DNA of 64,000 nucleotides, from assembly GCA_964016885.1 (NCBI GenBank), contig OZ024740.1, forward strand, positions 253,580,001 through 253,644,000, given 5' to 3'. Positions 56,451 through 64,000 of this stretch are shown piece by piece; position 1 is the stretch's first letter; each line of letters begins with the position of its first letter. The DNA is from Eledone cirrhosa. Taxonomy: Eukaryota. Made by a program: the position numbers and the translations under genes. Under the pieces are notes generated by a model that saw only the letters and a list, made by a program, of their open reading frames with translations, did not search any database and was not told the origin of the DNA.

Positions 56451-56561
56451 TTTTTTAATATAAGGAACTGTTTCATTGTTGTTATTAATTTATATATATA
56501 CATATATATATATGCATATATATATACATATATACATACATATTTATATATATACATATAT

Positions 56562-56827
56562 ATCATCATCATCATCATCGTTTAACGTCCGTGTTCCACG
56601 CTTGCATGGGTTTGGACGGGGGTTTTCCCACTTGAGGCAAGAGTGATTGTCTTGCTCGCATAGGACTGTCTGGCGGGTTTTCTACAGCTGGATGCCCTTC
56701 CTAACACCAACCACATTTACAGTGTGGGGCTGGGAGGTTTTTATCGTGTTGCCTACACGGCCACATTACAGCGTGGACTGTGTGTTTTTTTGTCGTGACA
56801 CCTACACGATCTCATTTGTTTCGGCCA
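56562..56827 (-). mobile_element. RTE family B 3' UTR fragment
   Basis: Matches 60335-60600. Confidence 0.9.
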
Positions 56828-56964
56828 TATATATATATAAATATTTTTTTTTTTCCAGATCGATTTTCGTCAAATCGGACCAAGGAAACGATGTTTCCAT
56901 TGGTCTTTCCAATTGCTGATACTATCTATCGGTCGCAACTCCAGGTAGAAATATATATATATAG

Positions 56965-56997
<33 letters not shown>

Positions 56998-57036
56998 CAT
57001 ATATATATACATATATATATATATATTTATATATTC

Positions 57037-57622
57037 ATTGAGAGAGAGACTGAGCATAAGAGGAATCAAATGCTGTGTGCAGGAGAGGCGGTTGCGCTGG
57101 TATGGACATGTGATGCGTATGAAGGATAACAGCTGCATAAAAAGGTGCAGAGCACTAGAAGTCGATGGAAACCGTGGAGTGGGGAGACCCAAGATGACCT
57201 GGGATGAGGTGAGAAAAGCCAACCTTACCCAATTACACCTCTCAAAGGCGATGACACACGACCGTGACCTCTGGCGTCACGCAGTAATACAGAGTACCCG
57301 ACCTCCCATGGGTACAAGCTGAAGCATATAAACAATATGCCCCCACACCTCCCACCGCAAGGTGGTCGTGGAGGTGCCACGGCAAAAAAGCACCCAGCCC
57401 ACACTGTAAAGTGGATGTGTAGGCGCCACGAAAAAGCACCCAGCACTCAGTGTAAATGAGGTTGGTATTAGGAAGGGCATCCAGCTGTAGAAATCAAGCC
57501 AAATCAGTTCCTGTGTGAGCAAGGCATGGTCAGCCGACCAGACACTGCCCACAACAGGACAACCCGTCTAATCCATGCTAGCGTGGAAGAACGGACGTAA
57601 AACGGTGATGATGATGATGATG
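57037..57622 (+). mobile_element. RTE family A 3' fragment
   Basis: [25 protein letters not shown], followed by the 3' UTR and (GAT)n tail. Confidence 0.92.
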
Positions 57623-57715
57623 ATATATATATATACATATATATACATACATATATTTATATACATATATACATCTGAAATATATATAGCAGTAATAAAC
57701 GAAGCTAAATTTTAA

Positions 57716-57717
57716 TC

Positions 57718-57748
<31 letters not shown>

Positions 57749-57761
57749 CATATATATATAC

Positions 57762-57792
<31 letters not shown>

Positions 57793-57947
57793 CACATATA
57801 TATATACATATATATATATATACATATATATATATACATATATGTGTATATACATATATATATACATATATGTATATATACATATATATACATATATGTA
57901 TATATACATATATATATACATATATGTATATATACATATATATATAC

Positions 57948-58010
<63 letters not shown>

Positions 58011-58266
58011 CATATATATATATACATATATATATATATACATATATATATATACATATATATATATACATATATATATACATATATATATATATATACA
58101 TATATATATACATATATATATACATATACATATATATATACATATATATATATACATATATATATATACATATATATATATACATATATATATATACATA
58201 TATATATATACATATATATATACATATATATATATACATATATATATATACATATATATATATATA
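57716..58266. repeat. (TA)n/(TACATA) microsatellite
   Basis: Direct reading. Confidence 0.95.
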
Positions 58267-59304
58267 CACAACACTATTCACAATAACATCCCACTACTAA
58301 AACAAAACCCAAGAATGAAAAAAGCCCTTGAAACACACAAAATAATCAAAAGCAAAAGACAACCAAAATCACTGAAAACATTACTCACCAATGCCAAATT
58401 ACCTACCACAAACCCACAACCAAGTATCAAAAAATGTGGTCGCTCTAATTGTGGAACCTGCACTCACCTCATTGAAGGCAACACGTATACATTTATATCA
58501 GGACAAAATTTTACTGTAAAAAATCACTTCACTTGCTCATCAAAAAATCTAGTTTATGCCATTAAATGTAAAGGATGCAATGAAGATTATATAGGACAAA
58601 CTAAACTCACACTCAGAAACAGAATGACAGTTCATCGCCAACAATTACGAGATCCAACCACGAGACAGATACCACTAAGTGCACATCTAGACATTTGCGC
58701 AAGTAATAAGACACCCAAATTCCAAGTCTTCCCATTTTACCTTTGCGCTAACAATACAACAGAACAAATGCGAATAAATAAGGAAAATATGTTTATTCAA
58801 AAATATAGACCAACATTAAATATGGTTTAATATACATTATGTCAACACCATAATATGACATACACACACACACATAACACCTTCTACTTTAGAAAATAAA
58901 AACCCGAACTAAATAAACCTTAACATACGTTTGCACTGACGCTACAACAGCAAACACGAATAAGTAAGGAAAATATGTTCATTCAAAAATATTCCTACTA
59001 AAGGAATCACTTTCCTACACACACACATACACACACACACAATATATATATATATTCTCTTCATCTTAACATGCTAACCATACTCCCACACACATAACAC
59101 CCATACACACACATAACCCCCACACCCACAACTCCCTCCCCATTTCTACTAATAGAACCACTTTCCTACACACATATATATACACACACACAAAATATAT
59201 ATTCTCTCCATCTTAACATACTCGCACACACACACATAACACCCATATACACACACACACACAACTCCCTCCACCATTTCTACTAATAGAATCATCTTCC
59301 AATA

Positions 59305-59345
<41 letters not shown>

Positions 59346-60300
59346 AAGCACACAAATAAACATACATATCTTCACTTCAATAGAAAATCTGAACTCTGAC
59401 ACCCCAGTGAACTAACCATATTCACTGAACCAGAACAATTCTCCCAATCCCATTTCTCTTGACCACTATCTTTCCATTGTCATAACATTCGCTATAAAGA
59501 CTACAGAATAGTTTTCCAAATAAGGGCACAAAAATGTAATGAAAACTTGTTCACGTGACAGCCAAATTTCATTTATAACCAATCAAATCACGTTTATTAA
59601 AAAAAAGCCTTCGTGAGCCACCTTTTTTTAAAGTAAAGAAATTCAAACACACACACACACACAAGCACACACAAGCACACAAATAAACACACATATCTTT
59701 ACTTTCTTTATTCAATAGAAAATCTGAATTCTGACACCCCAGCAAACTAACCATATTCACTGAACCAGAACAATTCTCCCACCCCTTTCTCTTGACCATT
59801 ATCTTTCACTTATCAAAAGATTCTCTAAAAAGGCTACAGAATGGATTTCCAAATAAGGGCACAAAAATTTAATGAAAATTTGTTCACGTGACAGCCATAA
59901 TTTCATTTATAACCAACCAAAAAAAAGCCTTCGTGAGCCTCCTTTTTTCAAGTAAAAAGAAATTCAAACACTCATATATGAAAAAACAACCTGTGACAAC
60001 CCCCCCCCCCTCTTCTTTGAAGAACTATTGTAACGCGAACTGGCGCGAAGTTTATTATAATTATTGACTAACCAATCAAATTACTTCTCGAAAAACCTGG
60101 TATTTCGAGCCACTTTTTCCATATAAAACAAGTAACATTCAGAGACCAACCAGATGTGAGAAAAACCACAGATCCTCCATCTCAACTCACCTTTTGAAAA
60201 GCAGAAGAACTGCGAAACCGGTAAAGGAACCAAATAAATATATATATTTTTTTTTGAAGTAAGACTCCAGTTGCATTTTCATCTCTTTTTCTTTATACAT
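58266..60300 (+). mobile_element. 5'-truncated Penelope-like element (GIY-YIG domain to 58830, long 3' UTR with ~300-bp direct repeat)
   Basis: [33 protein letters not shown]...H and E..FI motifs; hammerhead near the end. Confidence 0.88.
60190..60227 (+). ncRNA. Hammerhead ribozyme, U3-A8 core variant
   Basis: CCTT-TTGAAAA-GCAG aagaa CTGC-GAAA-CCGG-TA-AAGG. Confidence 0.72.
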
Positions 60301-60334
60301 AGATATATATAGATATATATACATATATATATAC

Positions 60335-63300
60335 ATCAACATCATCATCAACGTTTAACGTCCGTGTTCCACGCTTGCATGGGTTTGGACGGGGGTAGTC
60401 CCACTTGAGGCAAGAGTGATTGTCTTGCTCGCATAGGACTGTCTGGCAGGTTTTCTACAGTTGGATGCCCTTCCTAACACCAACCACATTTACAGTGTGG
60501 GTCTGGGAGGTTTTTACCGTGTTGCCTACACGGCCACATTACAGCGTGGACTGTGTGTTTTTTTGTCGTGACACCTACACGATCTCATTTGTTTCGGCCT
60601 GGATGGCGCGGCACCAACATAACTTTACATAGAACAGGGTGGTGTGGATGGGGTGGGGGTGGTGGCGGGACGGGGTGTATTTTGTTAGAGATGCCTACTG
60701 GCAAGGCGGGTCTTCTCTGTTACTGAGTACCGCCAAAGGTCTCGGTCCAGTGACATTGTCTTGGAGAGGTGTAAGTGTGTGAGGTCGGAGTTTATCAGCT
60801 CATCCCAGGTTTTTCTAGGTCTGCCTATTCCGTGGCTTCCGTCTATCTTTATTGCCCTGCACTTTGTTATACAGCTATCAACTTTCATGCGCATCACGTG
60901 TCCATACCAACGCAGCCTTCTCTCGAGTAAACAACATCTGATCCCTCTTATCTCTAATTTTTTCCTTAGTTCGTTTATGCTTTGCCGTTCACGTATATTA
61001 CTGTTACACATCCAGCGGAGCATGCAAGCTTCGTTCCTCTCTAGTCTGCGTATATCCTCTGCACACAATGCCCAGGTCTCACTACCATGCAACATTGCTG
61101 TTCGTATGCAGGCATCGTACAACCTGCCTTTCATTTTTAGGGAGAACCCTTTAGCAGCTAATAGTGGTATAAGCTCTCTGAACTTTTTCCAACCAGTTCT
61201 GACTCTAGCTACAGTACTTTCAGAGCACCCTCCCCCACTGCTGATTTTATCGCCCAGGTAACGGAAGCTGTCCACTATTTCTATAGAACCCTCTGCACAA
61301 TTGAAAGAGCTAGTATTTTGTGGGCACTTGCTGCTACTTATTGCACCAGAACACCGGCCACATGTAAAATCTATGTTCTTAGTTAGCTTACCTGTGATCC
61401 CACTACATCTTTTATGCACCCATACTTTGCATTTAGGACATAAAATGGAGTTTCTACCTACGCCTTTCCTACACACCGAGCACGACCATTTCCCAGAAGG
61501 GACCGCCACCTTGTTTTCTTTCCTACAAACTAGAACTTTGGTCTTAGCCAGGTTAATTTTAAGTCCTTTTGACTCTAGGCCGTGCTTCCATGTTTGGAAT
61601 TTCTTCTCTAGCTCGGCCATTGATTCCGCTATGAGTGTCAGGTCGTCTGTGTATAGGAGTTCCCATGGGCAGCCTGTCTTGAACTCCTCTGTTATAGCCT
61701 GAAGGGCAATAATAAATAGTAGGGGGCTGAGAACAGAGCCCTGATGGACGCCAACTTTTACGCTAAACTCTTCACTATATTCGTTGTTAATTCTAACCTT
61801 GCTGACTGTTTCTTTATACATGGCTTGTATAGCCCTCACAAGCCATTCGTCAACGCCTAGTTTTCTAAGAGCCCACCAGATAATGGAGCGGGGGACTCTG
61901 TCGAAGGCTTTCTCCAGGTCGACAAAAGCTAAGTAGAGGGGTTTACCTTTAGCTAGGTACTTCTCCTGTAGTTGTCGTACTATGAAAAGAGCGTCTGTGG
62001 TAGTTTTGCCTGACACAAACCCGAACTGCATTTCATCTAGGTCAATTCTCTCTCCGATTAGTTGCTCTATTACTTTTTCCGTGACCTTCATGACCTGGTC
62101 GATTAATTTAATGCCTCTATAGTTACTCCTATCTAGGGCGTCTCCTTTACCCTTATAACAGTTAACGATGATGCTGCTATGCCAGTCCTTCGGAACAACC
62201 CCATTCTGTACGACTTGGTTAACTATGCGGGTGACCATGGTGTGTCCCACCTTGCCAGATGCCTTCAGCATCTCAGCAACTACTTCCGAAGGCCCAGCCG
62301 CCTTACCCATCTTCATATCCTTGATTGCCTTACTTATTATACTCCCCTCGACTAACACTGCTGGTCCCTCTATCGGGTCGATATGGGGGAGACTGTCTTT
62401 CTCCCATTTATTCTCCTCATTTAGTAGCCTTTCATAGTGACACTTCCAAGCTACCTTCTTATCAGTGTCGGTGATGGCAAGTATGCCATCATCGTTAAGT
62501 ACACACTTCTCCCCGACAATATCACGGTTTTCCTTGACGCATTGCTTAGCAATCCTGAACACACCACGTTTTTGGTCATCGCGTTGTAGAACATGCTTCA
62601 ACTTTCTTTCCTCAGCTTCCCTTCTTGCTAAGTACACTTCTCTCCTAGCTTCCCTCCTGGCCACTTGATAGTCTACTCTACTTCCCCCATCCCGCCATAC
62701 TTTCCAAGCCTGCTTTTTGGCCTTAATTGACCCCTCCACCCTACTGTTCCACCACCATGTTACTCTCCTCCTGCCTACAGGCCTGCTCCAGCCACAGACT
62801 TCGTCTGTCGCCAACAGCAGGTTTGCTTTCAGAAATTCCCACTGTCCCTCTATATTGTCCGATTCTAGATGCTCTTCCTTACTGTCGAAAGCATCAAGTA
62901 ATATGCTTTGAAATTTATTTCTGGCTGTGGGGTCCTTTAGTTTCCATATTTTCCTCCTGAGGATAGTCCTCTTCTGCTGTCGAGTACGTCTCGTCCTGAC
63001 TATGAGGTCGCTAATTATCAGTCTATGTTGGGAGGTGCATTCTTCATGGGGGAGGGATTTAGTGTTTACAACAGACACTCTGTCACGTCTTCTGGTAAGG
63101 ATATAATCTACCTGGCTTGTGTGTTCCCCGGATCTATAGGTGATCAGGTGATTGTCACGTTTTTTGAAGTTAGTGTTACAGATAGTTAGGTTATTTGCAT
63201 CACAGAATTCCAGGATTCTGGAGCCTTCCTCATTTCTAGTACCAAACCCATAGCCTCCATGGATTTCGTCGTAGCCGTCACAATGTTGTCCAACGTGACC

Positions 63301-64000
63301 ATTTAGGTCGCCTGCAATAATTATATAGTCACTGTCAGATATTTGGGAGGTAGTTAGCAACAGTGTCTCATAGAATCTGTCTTTTATAGTGCCGGGCAGT
63401 CCGGATTGGGGTGCGTATGCAGATATTACTGTCACCGTAGTTCTATTGAGGACAAGTCGTATTTTAATTATTCTGTCGTTCACTCTATTTACGTCTATTA
63501 TCTTATCTGCCCACTTTTCTGCTACCATGATTCCTACTCCACCCAGCCCATCGTCGTTTCCCACCCAGAAAAGCTTATAACATCGTTTTTTTACCCTCAA
63601 TGAATCTAGCAGACCCACCCCTCCACCTGGACTCTTGAATACAACAAACATCGACCTCCTTACGTTCAAGCATTTCTACAACCTCGTTAGCACGACCCTT
63701 TAGGGTGCCTACATTTATGGTACCAACTCTGAAGTTTTGGGTTGCGTTTGGAGGGTGGGGGTGGTGGGGGGCGGGGGGAGATAGGGTTATGTTAGCCATC
63801 CGCGGACGAAACAAAGAGGAGTGCTCGCATTCTCGTCCACGAGGTGAATTTGACTTTAACTTTGGCATTTTCGCTCTGAGCGTCCAGATTTTTCTCTCCC
63901 TTCCACTCTCCAGGATTCCGCAGTTCGTCCATCCATCCATCCATCCATCCATCATATATCGAAGGCAACCGGGCAAGCGATAGTATAGGCCTCTGGCTTA
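60335..64000 (-). mobile_element. Near full-length RTE LINE (family B): APE endonuclease, RT and PHD-like finger; frameshift near 63600
   Basis: ORF 63575-63976 (TINVGTL, IQESRW) and ORF 60685-63669 (GDLNGH, VDY, SQH, QGSVLSP, YTDD, RWYGHV); (GAT)n tail. The 5' end probably lies beyond the window. Confidence 0.96.

Larger units (their letters stand above)
53707..56490 (+). mobile_element. Degenerate Penelope-like element (YRDD type), interrupted by an RTE fragment and a SINE
   Basis: GGLYRDD at ~53721, SNHP, CNCRNKANCPLKGNC, YIG and CRLC motifs; hammerhead at the 3' end. Confidence 0.85.

Overview
AT-rich animal genomic DNA. The SINE, RTE-LINE and (TA)n content suggests a cephalopod or other mollusc, probably octopus, but this is inference only. 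Four minus-strand exons of argininosuccinate synthase (ASS1) sit at 48730-48798, 47898-48022, 35051-35171 and 34207-34281. They splice in frame, and the neighbouring exons were not found in the window. Almost everything else is intronic retroelement sequence: at least 11 RTE-clade LINE copies or fragments (one nearly full length, with a C4HC3 PHD-like finger inside the RT), about 6 Penelope-like elements (RT/GIY-YIG) plus solo pseudo-LTRs, two full-length tandem L1/Tx1-like elements in a (TCTA)n/(TC)n tract, tRNA-type SINEs, a small hAT-like MITE and long TA microsatellites. Main observations: (i) both Tx1-like elements share a 67-nt GT-AG intron-like segment plus two hairpins in the 5' UTR, and a consensus splice donor overlapping the ORF1 stop; (ii) about 12 hammerhead ribozyme motifs, including two with a compensatory U3-A8 core and three families with an expanded stem II; (iii) a ~2.7-3 kb near-identical inverted repeat bracketing 23 kb, plus many snap-back palindromes. 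The long Y/I/M/C-rich ORFs are microsatellite artefacts.
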